Shown here piece by piece: positions 18,007 to 26,918 of a stretch of 41,085 nt of DNA. The stretch spans positions 23,139-64,223 of the forward strand of contig CAZSGU010000001.1 in the NCBI GenBank assembly GCA_964606555.1, read 5' to 3'. The notes below the pieces were generated by a model. The model saw only the letters and a list, made by a program, of their open reading frames with translations, was not told the DNA's origin and ran no database searches. Source of the DNA: an uncultured bacterium. Its GTDB lineage: Bacteria > Fidelibacterota > Marinisomatia > Marinisomatales > Marinisomataceae. The first letter of the stretch is position 1, and each line of letters begins with the position of its first letter. A program made the position numbers and the translations under genes.

Positions 18007-19493
18007 GTACCTATTTCAGTTGTAATATCCTGCGTATCGTTTATTTTTGTGAATTTAAAATGATTTTTTGGGACTTGTATATCTTCTATAACTTTTAGAT
18101 AAACGAAATTTTGCCACATAAGGTTAATATACGCTTTCCTCTGCTCTTTTTTTAAATAGTGAGCAATTTCTGGATTTAAATATAGTTTTAATCTCAAATC
18201 TTTATTTTTTTGTTTATAATCACGTAACCAATAGTCGATTCTTGTTAAAAGAGTATCCTTTGATATAATTCTTCCTATACCTCTACAACTATCACAAGAC
18301 TCTGTTAAATTATCTACAATGCTTAAACCAGTTCTTTCTCTAGTCATTTCAAGGACACCAAATTCAGAGATTTCTGATACCGCTACTTTAGCGCGACCTT
18401 TTTTTAGTTCTTTCTTCATTTCAAGGTATATTTTCTTTCTATTTTGAGCAGAAGTCATATCAATAAAATCAATCAAAATTAAACCAGATAAATGTCTCAA
18501 TCTAAGTTGTTTTGCGATTTCTTTTGCTGCTTCTAGGTTAATTTTTAGAGAATTATCCTCATGTTTTTTCTTTCCAACAAATTTTCCACTATTGACATCT
18601 ACAACTACCATTGCTTCAGTTTTTTCGATAATTAAATATGCACCACTTTTAAGCCAAACTTTATTTCTTAATAATTTGACTAATTCATCATCAATCCCTT
18701 CTTGTTTAAATAAGGGAACTCTTTTTTTATAATGTTCAATCGAATCTGATATCTCTAGAGAGTCTTCCTTGATAATTTTTTGTACTTTGTTAAAGTTTTC
18801 TTTAGAATCAACAACAATTTTTTCTACTTTGTCACTTATTAAATCTCGCAGAACACTTGATGTCATTTCCAAATCGTTGTGAATTAATGTGGGTGCCTTA
18901 CTTTCTTTAGCCAAATTCATTAGTTGGTTATATTTTTTCTCTAAATTATTGTAATCATTTTGTATTTGTTTTTCAGTTTTTCCCTCTGCTACAGTTCGGA
19001 TAATGATTCCTAATCCATGTTTTTTCATGTCGAAAGCTATTTTCTTTAATCTTCTTCTTTCGTATTTATCCCTCATTTTTTTTGATACTCCAACATATTT
19101 TGAATTTGGTACAAGTACAATAAAACGCCCAGCAATCGAAAGATCTGTTGTAATACGAGCCCCTTTTTTATCAAATGGTTCTTTAATTACTTGCACAACA
19201 ATTTCTTGACCTGGATTTAGAAGAACATTAATCTCTTTAGAATTTTTAGAATCTGCAATTAATTCTGAATCTGATATTTCTGAAAAAGGCAAGAATGCAT
19301 TATTTCCTTTTCCAATATTGACAAATGCAGCTTGCATACCAGGGATAACGTTTTCTACTACTCCTTTATAGATGTTTCCTACAGTTCTTTCTCTTGACTG
19401 TTTATCAACATGTACTTCGGCAAGTTTTCCATTTTCTTTAACGGCTATTCGAGTCTCCCCGATGCCTTCACTAATGTAAATTTCTTTTTTCAT
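18003..19493 (-). CDS. Rne/Rng family ribonuclease (RNase G-sized)
   Basis: S1 domain GNIYKGVV..PGMQAAFV, VQVIKEP..KGARIT, VVDVNSG, LILIDFIDM and a CDSCRGIG zinc link; no long C-terminal scaffold. Confidence 0.95.
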   Translation of the reverse strand: MKKEIYISEGIGETRIAVKENGKLAEVHVDKQSRERTVGNIYKGVVENVIPGMQAAFVNIGKGNNAFLPFSEISDSELIADSKNSKEINVLLNPGQEIVVQVIKEPFDKKGARITTDLSIAGRFIVLVPNSKYVGVSKKMRDKYERRRLKKIAFDMKKHGLGIIIRTVAEGKTEKQIQNDYNNLEKKYNQLMNLAKESKAPTLIHNDLEMTSSVLRDLISDKVEKIVVDSKENFNKVQKIIKEDSLEISDSIEHYKKRVPLFKQEGIDDELVKLLRNKVWLKSGAYLIIEKTEAMVVVDVNSGKFVGKKKHEDNSLKINLEAAKEIAKQLRLRHLSGLILIDFIDMTSAQNRKKIYLEMKKELKKGRAKVAVSEISEFGVLEMTRERTGLSIVDNLTESCDSCRGIGRIISKDTLLTRIDYWLRDYKQKNKDLRLKLYLNPEIAHYLKKEQRKAYINLMWQNFVYLKVIEDIQVPKNHFKFTKINDTQDITTEIGT

Positions 19494-19688
19494 TTTTATA
19501 GCCTCTATCTTTACTCTAAATATAGAGCAACTATTTAACTTTTAGTGAAATGAGGAGAGAATAATTAGGAATAAAAAATCTTTATCAATTCTAAATTTCA
19601 AAAACAAAAATAATAACTTTTAAATTCTGCCCTCAATTTCAGAAGGAATTTAACGATTTTTACATTTAAAATGTATATAATCTCATTT

Positions 19689-20474
19689 ATGTATAATGAA
19701 GAACTAATTGCTGCAAAAGTTGCTGCTCGTAATGCAGGTAAAATCTTAATGAAATACTTGGAATCTGACTCTAAAGATATTCAATACAAATCAGAATCAG
19801 GTGATAGTCCCGTTACTATTGCAGATAATGAAACTGATGAATACCTTTCTAGTTTTTTAGGTGGTGAATTTCCACATGACGGCTGGCTTTCTGAAGAGAC
19901 TGTTGATACAGATACCAGATTAGATAAAGATCGTGTTTGGATTGTTGATCCTTTAGATGGAACCAAAGAATTTATTAAAAAACTGCCTGAATTTTGTGTG
20001 AGTATTGCACTTACCGATAATGGAATACCTGTAGTAGGGGTTATTTATAATCCTGTCTCAGATGAGATATTTTATGCTCAAAAGAATAAAGGAGCATTTT
20101 TAAATGGAAATCAAATAAAAATTTCTAATACAGAAAATATCCAAGATGCATCAATCATTGTAAGTAGGTCTGAGTACAGTAAAAATTTATGGAATAATTA
20201 TAAAAACAATTTCTCTTCTATTAAATCTGTTGGTAGCATTGCATATAAATTGGGATTATCAGCATCAGGCATGTATGATATTTGTGCAACAGTTGCACCA
20301 AAAAATGAATGGGATATTTGTGCTGGAGATTGTATAGTACGTGAAGCTGGTGGTACTATGAAGACAATTAATGGTAAGAATATTAATTATAATCAAAAGA
20401 AAACCCTTGTGACAGACCCAATAATTGCCACAAATTCTAAATTATTTGATATGGTATCAGATTTATTGTATTAG
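19689..20474 (+). CDS. cysQ: 3'(2'),5'-bisphosphate nucleotidase CysQ / inositol monophosphatase family
   Basis: SPVTIAD, LSEE, WIVDPLDGTKEF, VSRS and EWDICAG motifs. The start at 19689 is preferred because TATAAT lies 7 nt upstream. Confidence 0.85.
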   Translation: MYNEELIAAKVAARNAGKILMKYLESDSKDIQYKSESGDSPVTIADNETDEYLSSFLGGEFPHDGWLSEETVDTDTRLDKDRVWIVDPLDGTKEFIKKLPEFCVSIALTDNGIPVVGVIYNPVSDEIFYAQKNKGAFLNGNQIKISNTENIQDASIIVSRSEYSKNLWNNYKNNFSSIKSVGSIAYKLGLSASGMYDICATVAPKNEWDICAGDCIVREAGGTMKTINGKNINYNQKKTLVTDPIIATNSKLFDMVSDLLY

Positions 20475-20478
20475 TTAA

Positions 20479-21171
20479 ATGAAAAAGAAAGTATTAGATA
20501 AAGGTTATATAGAATTAATCGACACTTTAGGTGATGATTTAACTCCAGTTAATGCAGCTCGTGTATCGTTTGATGGATTTAGTGAAAGTTTTACAGACAA
20601 AGATAGAAAACTATCAAAATTTTTAATTAAACATAAACATTTCAGTCCTTTCAGGCATCAGCATTGTATGTTTATTATTAAGGCACCAGAATTTGTGATG
20701 AGACAATGGTACAAACATGTTGTGGGTATTGAAACTACTTCGAATCATCCGACAAAAGATCATGCTTGGAATGAAATTAGCGGTAGATATGTTCCATATG
20801 AAGATTTCTATAAACCAACAGAATTTAGGAAACAATCCGAGAATAACAAGCAGGCAAGTGAAGGTTTAGTTGAAAAACAAAATGAAGCAGAGTCATTATG
20901 GAAAGAATCTCAGGATAAGGCAATAGAAAACTATGAACAAATGTTAGAACTTGGTATGGCAAAAGAACAGGCTAGAAGTATCTTACCGCTTACAGTTTAT
21001 ACAAAAGTTTGGTGGACAGCATCATTTCAATCAATTATGAATTTTATAGAATTACGAGATGAAACAACCTCTCAAGTAGAAATACAAGAATATGCTAGAG
21101 CGTTAAAAGATATAATGTTAGAAACATTTCCAGAAACAACAAAAATATGGTTTGAGGTATATAGCAAATGA
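20479..21171 (+). CDS. thyX: FAD-dependent thymidylate synthase
   Basis: VNAARVSF, HFSPF, NEISGRY, GMAKEQARSILP and NFIELR..SQVEIQEYA motifs. Confidence 0.93.
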   Translation: MKKKVLDKGYIELIDTLGDDLTPVNAARVSFDGFSESFTDKDRKLSKFLIKHKHFSPFRHQHCMFIIKAPEFVMRQWYKHVVGIETTSNHPTKDHAWNEISGRYVPYEDFYKPTEFRKQSENNKQASEGLVEKQNEAESLWKESQDKAIENYEQMLELGMAKEQARSILPLTVYTKVWWTASFQSIMNFIELRDETTSQVEIQEYARALKDIMLETFPETTKIWFEVYSK

Positions 21172-22337
21172 AATATATTGGTCCAGATTTTTGTAACATT
21201 ACTTCGCTTTTAAATGACGAAGAATTATTGATACAAAAAACTGCGAATACTTTTGTTAAGAAGAAATTTCTTCCGATTATAAATAAATATTATGATAAAG
21301 GAACATTTCCAATCGATTTAATACCTGAGATGGGAGAATTAGGGTTTTTTGGCGCCACGCTTCCAAAAGAATTTGGCGGTGACGAAATCAGTAATATTGC
21401 TTATGGTCTTATCATGCATGAGCTTGAGAAAGGTGATTCTGGGTTACGTTCTCTTTGCAGTGTGCAAAGTGGTCTTGTTATGTATCCAATCTTTCAGTAT
21501 GGTACTAGTGAACAAAAGAAAAAGTGGTTACCAAAATTAGCTTCTGGAGAAGCAATTGGATGTTTTGGATTAACAGAATCTAATCATGGTTCTGATCCTG
21601 GAGGTATGCTTACAAGGGCAAAAAAAGATGGAGATAATTGGATTATTAATGGGTCAAAAATGTGGATTACTAATGGTTCAATAGCAGATGTATCGGTTGT
21701 ATGGGCAAAAGATGAAGAAGACATTATTCGTGGTTTTCTAATAGAGAAAGGGACAAAAGGATTTTCAACTTCTGATATTCATGGTAAAATGAGTCTTCGC
21801 GCATCAATTACATCGGAATTATTTATGAAAGACGTTTGTATTCCTGATAGCAATCGGTTGCCTAATGTTGAAGGGCTAAAAGGCCCTTTATCGTGTCTAA
21901 ATCAAGCAAGATATTCTATTGTATGGGGTACAATTGGAGCAGCTGTTGATTGCTATGAGGTTGCGTTGAATTATAGTAAAGAACGTAAACAATTTTCTAA
22001 GCCAATTGCTCAATTTCAGTTAACCCAACAGAAATTAGCATATATGATTCAAGAAATTTCAAAAGCTCAGCTACTTGCTATACAACTTGGGAGATTAAAA
22101 GATACTAATGAAATTGATTTCTCCCATATTTCTCTTGGGAAAAAGAATAATGTTGCGATAGCAAGAAAATGTGCAAAATTATCTAGAGAAATACTTGGAG
22201 CAAACGGAATTACGGATGATTATTCTGTCATGAGACATATGATGAATTTGGAAACAGTATATACTTATGAAGGAACCAATGAAATTCATACATTGATTAT
22301 TGGCCAGAAAATTACAGGTGAATCTGCTTTTGAATAG
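21168..22337 (+). CDS. Acyl-CoA dehydrogenase, glutaryl-CoA dehydrogenase-like
   Basis: DSGLRS..SVQSGLVMYPI, CFGLTESNHGSDPGGM, KMWITNGS, SLRASITSEL and TYEGT motifs. Confidence 0.93.
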   Translation: MKYIGPDFCNITSLLNDEELLIQKTANTFVKKKFLPIINKYYDKGTFPIDLIPEMGELGFFGATLPKEFGGDEISNIAYGLIMHELEKGDSGLRSLCSVQSGLVMYPIFQYGTSEQKKKWLPKLASGEAIGCFGLTESNHGSDPGGMLTRAKKDGDNWIINGSKMWITNGSIADVSVVWAKDEEDIIRGFLIEKGTKGFSTSDIHGKMSLRASITSELFMKDVCIPDSNRLPNVEGLKGPLSCLNQARYSIVWGTIGAAVDCYEVALNYSKERKQFSKPIAQFQLTQQKLAYMIQEISKAQLLAIQLGRLKDTNEIDFSHISLGKKNNVAIARKCAKLSREILGANGITDDYSVMRHMMNLETVYTYEGTNEIHTLIIGQKITGESAFE

Positions 22338-22887
22338 TGTAGTCAATTGTTTCTATTATATTTTTTAATAGTTTTTCTCTACTTACTTCTTGTCCCAATT
22401 CCAATAATAAAGAGGTATAAAGTTTATCTTGAATTGGTTCTAAATCTTGGAAATTTGAATTAACATTAATCCCAATTCCAAGAACTTGAGTGGTAACCTT
22501 ATCTTTTATTTTCTGTTCACAAAGGATACCTGCAATTTTTTTATTGTCAATATAAATATCATTTGGATATTTTATTCGTGCAGAGATTTTTAATTTTTCT
22601 AGGTTTGTAACAATTGATCTACAAGCAATATCAACCAAAGATTGTCCATTCATTATATAATTTTCAGGAATAATGATAGTAAATGCTAAATCTTTATACG
22701 GCGTAGAGACCCATTTTCTACCATGTCGTCCTCTTCCATAAGTTTGCTTATCACAAATAACTATACCATAGTTATCATTATTAAGATTTAGCGCTTTTTC
22801 ATTAGTTGATGCTAATTCTTCTTTATAAAAGATTTTAGGTGAAATGACTTTTGTATTTAGTAAATGATTACTGAGATCTAAGAGCAC
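22312..22887 (-). CDS. birA: Biotin-protein ligase, catalytic domain only
   Basis: STN, QTYGRGRHGRKW, KYPNDIY, KIAGILCE and GIGINV motifs; no N-terminal HTH. Confidence 0.9.
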   Translation of the reverse strand: MLLDLSNHLLNTKVISPKIFYKEELASTNEKALNLNNDNYGIVICDKQTYGRGRHGRKWVSTPYKDLAFTIIIPENYIMNGQSLVDIACRSIVTNLEKLKISARIKYPNDIYIDNKKIAGILCEQKIKDKVTTQVLGIGINVNSNFQDLEPIQDKLYTSLLLELGQEVSREKLLKNIIETIDYTIQKQIHL

Positions 22888-23450
22888 GGATCTAATTTTT
22901 TTCTCATTTTAAAAATAGTTCCTGGTTGTAGTACTCCATCATTATTTCTAATCAATTTTTCATTATCCATATAAATGATTACCCATGCAAGTTCATCGCC
23001 ATATATTTCATTAGCAAGACCCCATGCTGTATCGCCAGATTGTATTTGATAGTCAAAAAATTCTAAATCACAATTTTTTGCTTCACTAGCCTTTCTTTGT
23101 AATGATAAAAAATTATAAGGATAAATTTTATTTGGATCAGATCCGATCTCCTCTTTATTCCATTCATAAATTTCTCTCCACATTGAAGAATCTCCATATT
23201 CTCTGGAAGCAATTTTAATTAAATAATCACCTCTTTTAATCATATATGGTTCAAAAACAGTAACAGGAAGCGGTGGGGCTTCAGGTTCCTGCACAGTAAA
23301 TGTTTCTACTTTGACTTCTTCTTCAACAACTTTTGTATCAGATTCAGTGGATTCTTGACTACTCATTTCTTCTCCTACGCTAGGAGCGGTGCCAGCACAA
23401 TTGATAATCAAAAGTGTGCTTAGCAATAAAACAAATTCTTTTATTTTCAT
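22878..23450 (-). CDS. LysM-domain lipoprotein (two LysM-like repeats)
   Basis: SD GAGG before ATG 23450; lipobox IINC; YMIKRGDYLIKIA..YG..W..IY..N and YQIQSGDTAWGLA..YG..W..IY..N. Confidence 0.85.
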   Translation of the reverse strand: MKIKEFVLLLSTLLIINCAGTAPSVGEEMSSQESTESDTKVVEEEVKVETFTVQEPEAPPLPVTVFEPYMIKRGDYLIKIASREYGDSSMWREIYEWNKEEIGSDPNKIYPYNFLSLQRKASEAKNCDLEFFDYQIQSGDTAWGLANEIYGDELAWVIIYMDNEKLIRNNDGVLQPGTIFKMRKKLDPCS

Positions 23451-23527
23451 TGTATTCCTCATTGTTTCAATTTTTTGTCTATAATAATATTATTAATTTT
23501 TTAATTCAATGTTCCTATTTTTTTTAA

Positions 23528-25015
23528 TTAAGAATATTCTCCAAAGACTTTTCTTAAAGTATCTGAAATCTCACCAAGAGTACATTTATTTTTTGCACAA
23601 GTCACAATGTATGGAATTAAGTTTTGATCTGATTTGGCTTTTTCTTCTAATTCAGATAGTGCATTAGAAACTTTTTTATGATCTCGATCTTCTTTAAACT
23701 GAGTAACAAGATCTACTCTCTTTTTATTGTCATCTTTTTTACTTTCTATGTTGATTAGATCTTTTTCATTATTGTTAACAAATTGATTGACCCCTATAAG
23801 AATCTCTTCTTTACTGTCTAAATTATTTTGAAATTGGATTGAAGAATCTGCAATTTCTTTTTCTATTTCTCCTGTTTCAATCAGTTTTTCCATTCCTCCC
23901 TTATTAGATATATCGTCAATTTTTTCCAGAACTTCTTTTACAATTTCTTTTGTTCTGGTATTTATTAAATCACTATCTCCTATTGGATCTACAAAGTTTG
24001 GGATATTAGTTTCATATGCAATAATTTGTTGTATTCTTAGAGCTGCTAGAGCATTTTCTTCTGATGGAAGGCTGAGAGCTTCATCTTTACCATTGGTATG
24101 GATTGACTGTGCTCCCCCTAATACTGCAGCAAGTGCTTGTAATGTGGTTCTTACTGTATTGTTCTCGATTTGTTGTGCTGTTAGTGTAGATCCACCAGTT
24201 TGTACATGGAATCGACATAATTGAGATATAGAATCTTCTATTTTGAATCTTTCTTTTACTATTGTTGCCCAAATTTCTCTTGCTGCTCTGAATTTTGATA
24301 CTTCTTCAAAAAAATCTCGATGGGAATTAAAGAAAAATGACATTTGTGTTGTTAATTTCTCTATATCAATCCCATGTTTTTTTGCAGTATTGATATATGT
24401 TATTGCATTTGCAAATGTAAATGCTAATTCTTGTACAGCGGTACTTCCTGCTTCTCTTATATGATATCCTGAAACTGATATTGAATTCCATTTAGGCAAC
24501 GTAGATTGACAATATTCAAATATATCACTACTCAGTCTAAGTGATGGATTGATTGGAAAGATATATGTTCCTCTAGCAATATATTCCTTGAGAATATCAT
24601 TTTGGATTGTACCTTTCAAATTTGAGAGTGCATATCCTTTTTCTTCTGCTAATGCTACATAAAATGCTAATAAAATTGGAGCAGTTGCATTGATTGTCAT
24701 CGAAACAGAGACCTGTTCTAAATTTATTTCATTGAATAATAATTTCATGTCATCAATCGTAGAAATGGGTACTCCAGATTTTCCAATCTCGCCATAAGAT
24801 ATTTCATGATCAGAATCATAGCCAATTTGTGTTGGCAAGTCAAAAGCTACAGATAATCCACTGACACCACTATCTAACAAAGACAAAAAGCGACTATTCG
24901 ATTCTTTAACAGATGAAAATCCTGCATACTGTCTCATCGTCCAAAGTTTTGTACGATACATATCTTTATAGATACCTTTTGTAAATGGAAAATTACCTAT
25001 CTTTTTTTTAGACAT
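23528..25015 (-). CDS. Methylmalonyl-CoA mutase substrate-binding subunit (split type, no B12-binding domain)
   Basis: WTMRQYAGF, GLSVAFDLPTQ, QNDILKEYIARGTY, SGYHIREAG and TLGEI motifs; no DxHxxG. Confidence 0.92.
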   Translation of the reverse strand: MSKKKIGNFPFTKGIYKDMYRTKLWTMRQYAGFSSVKESNSRFLSLLDSGVSGLSVAFDLPTQIGYDSDHEISYGEIGKSGVPISTIDDMKLLFNEINLEQVSVSMTINATAPILLAFYVALAEEKGYALSNLKGTIQNDILKEYIARGTYIFPINPSLRLSSDIFEYCQSTLPKWNSISVSGYHIREAGSTAVQELAFTFANAITYINTAKKHGIDIEKLTTQMSFFFNSHRDFFEEVSKFRAAREIWATIVKERFKIEDSISQLCRFHVQTGGSTLTAQQIENNTVRTTLQALAAVLGGAQSIHTNGKDEALSLPSEENALAALRIQQIIAYETNIPNFVDPIGDSDLINTRTKEIVKEVLEKIDDISNKGGMEKLIETGEIEKEIADSSIQFQNNLDSKEEILIGVNQFVNNNEKDLINIESKKDDNKKRVDLVTQFKEDRDHKKVSNALSELEEKAKSDQNLIPYIVTCAKNKCTLGEISDTLRKVFGEYS

Positions 25016-25046
25016 AATAAGTTAATTTAATCTTAAAATCAGAAAT

Positions 25047-25574
25047 ATGGAATATTCTCAAATTCAAAAAATTATTTATTGGTTAAAATGTAAAAAATAT
25101 TTTGAAAATAATTCTATAATTTATCGATATTCAAAACAACAATCTGGTTCGGTTTTAGTAATTTTACCCGATAGTGATATTGCATTTGATTTTGCACAAC
25201 TTCTTCTAGATAGAATCGAACAGAAAAAGAATAATAATATTAGTTTTCTCTTGAGAGATTCATTAGTGAATTTTTATTCTGATGATCTTAAAAATTTTTC
25301 TGAATTATTTTCGTATACAGATATTGATTCATTAGGATTGCCTACACCATGGTTCATTAGAAAAATAAGAAAATCTAATTACCAAAATATGGTTGATTTA
25401 AATATTGAGTTTAGTCCATTTTCTTCATTCTTAGTGAGAGCTTGTCAATCTGAAGTAAGAATGGGTTTTAATTATGATAATTCAAAAAAATATTATAATG
25501 TTATATTAGACCAAAATTATCAAAAAGATTTGGGTGGAACATTTGATATGATTGGAAAGTTTATAAAAAAATGA
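25047..25574 (+). CDS. Hypothetical protein (resembles DUF6913 or the GT9 N-terminal half)
   Basis: 175 aa ORF overlapping the next gene (ATGA); DLN...SEVRMGF...YYNVIL pattern. Confidence 0.6.
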   Translation: MEYSQIQKIIYWLKCKKYFENNSIIYRYSKQQSGSVLVILPDSDIAFDFAQLLLDRIEQKKNNNISFLLRDSLVNFYSDDLKNFSELFSYTDIDSLGLPTPWFIRKIRKSNYQNMVDLNIEFSPFSSFLVRACQSEVRMGFNYDNSKKYYNVILDQNYQKDLGGTFDMIGKFIKK

Positions 25575-26326
25575 AAAATATTATATCAGAAATTGTTTTA
25601 TTGGATAAACCTGCATCATCTGTTAGTGATACTGGACATCCTTGGGATCTAATTGCTAATATATCTAAAATATTTAAGGATATTCCAAGTTCTTTTAAAA
25701 ATTTTGAACATGTAATAATTAATGATGATAATGGGCCTGTAATTATAGGTGAAAATGTGATTATTGAGCCATTTACTATTCTGAATGGTCCTTTATTTAT
25801 TGGTAAAGATTGTCTTATTAAATCTCATTCTAAGATTGCTAATTCTATTATCAATCATCATTGTAAAATTTCTGGAGAAATCCATTCTTCTATATTTCAA
25901 CCATATTCAAACAAAGCTCACGACGGATTCTTAGGACATAGCTTTGTTGGTTCCTGGGTAAATTTAGGGGCAGGTACTACTACTAGTAACCTAAAAAATA
26001 ACTATTCTAATGTCAGTGTCAAGTGGAATGGAGAACTTATTGATACCGGATCTATCTTTTTTGGATCAATCATTGGAGATCATGTAAAAACAGCAATTGG
26101 AACTAATTTAAATACAGGAACAGTGATTGGTATGGGTTCTAATGTTGTTTCTCAATCTTTTCCTCCACGCTATATTCCGCCATTTTCTTTGTATTATAAG
26201 GAAAAAATTAAAAAAATATCATTTGATGATTTCTGTAATACTGCTGAAAAAGCAATGTCAAGAAGAGGAAAATCTCTTTCAGATACTGAAAAAGACAAGC
26301 TACATAATATTTATAAAACTTGTTGA
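25571..26326 (+). CDS. GlmU-like hexapeptide-repeat acetyltransferase (FCB alternative GlmU C-terminal region)
   Basis: GPVIIGENV..GPLFIG, NKAHDGFLGHSFVGSWVNLGAGTTTSNLKNNY and GDHVKTAIGT motifs. Confidence 0.8.
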   Translation: MKNIISEIVLLDKPASSVSDTGHPWDLIANISKIFKDIPSSFKNFEHVIINDDNGPVIIGENVIIEPFTILNGPLFIGKDCLIKSHSKIANSIINHHCKISGEIHSSIFQPYSNKAHDGFLGHSFVGSWVNLGAGTTTSNLKNNYSNVSVKWNGELIDTGSIFFGSIIGDHVKTAIGTNLNTGTVIGMGSNVVSQSFPPRYIPPFSLYYKEKIKKISFDDFCNTAEKAMSRRGKSLSDTEKDKLHNIYKTC

Positions 26327-26351
26327 CTACCTAATTAACAACTAATATCTT
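26323..26351 (+). promoter_or_regulatory. Putative promoter, leaderless transcript of the 26359 ORF
   Basis: TTGACT-17-TATCTT-7-ATG. Confidence 0.6.
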
Positions 26352-26358
26352 CACCTTT

Positions 26359-26763
26359 ATGAGTGATATACAAAATAATTTGGGTCAAGTAGATGAAATC
26401 TTGAGTCCTTGTTGCGATGAGGAAATTAGGGTTTCTGATATTGGAGATAAACTTAAGTGCCCATTGTGTAAAACAAATCTAAAGCAAAGAGCATTTTTAC
26501 CATTTCTTGAATATCTTATGGAAAATGGACATGTTGAAAATTTAGATTTCTTTGATTTGGATTTATATAATCAAGATAAAGAAAGTTTAGACAGTCAAGA
26601 CGAAGAACTAGATTTAGATAAATATGAAGTTAAAAAAGATAGTTTGAATATTTATGAAGACGATAACCGTTTAGGCAAGCCTACTGCTGTCTCTGAAACT
26701 TCTATTGATGAATCTGCTCTTTCGAATGATTGGACTAAATTTGCTACCGAAGATTCAGAGTAA
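26359..26763 (+). CDS. Hypothetical acidic protein with a putative zinc ribbon
   Basis: SPCC...CPLC followed by an Asp/Glu-rich tail. Confidence 0.7.
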   Translation: MSDIQNNLGQVDEILSPCCDEEIRVSDIGDKLKCPLCKTNLKQRAFLPFLEYLMENGHVENLDFFDLDLYNQDKESLDSQDEELDLDKYEVKKDSLNIYEDDNRLGKPTAVSETSIDESALSNDWTKFATEDSE

Positions 26764-26814
26764 AACAGACGATTTTACTTTACAATTCATTACAGTTCGT
26801 ACTAAATTGATAGA

Positions 26815-26918
26815 ACCAAGATTTTTTCAGGCTATAAAATCTTGAAAGATTGAAAGAATTCCCCCGCTATCAACTTTCCTTTATAGCCTGTTTTAATATC
26901 TCTAACCTCATTTTTTTT
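26815..26918 (+). ncRNA. Candidate structured small RNA or extended terminator/attenuator
   Basis: Upstream TTTACA-18-TAAATT (26779-26808). Rod hairpin 26828-26890 with an 11-bp perfect outer stem, a 9-bp inner stem and a CCCCC loop. T-tracts at 26891 and 26911. Confidence 0.4.

Noticed and set aside
23478-23500. AT-only palindrome ataataatattattaat as an operator
   Set aside because: Expected by chance in such AT-rich DNA.
26815-26900. Cobalamin riboswitch, 6S RNA or SRP RNA identity for the hairpin (CCCCCGC resembles a B12 riboswitch segment)
   Set aside because: It lacks the GGGAA and ACTG elements, the SRP GGAA-loop motif, and the 6S length and central bubble.
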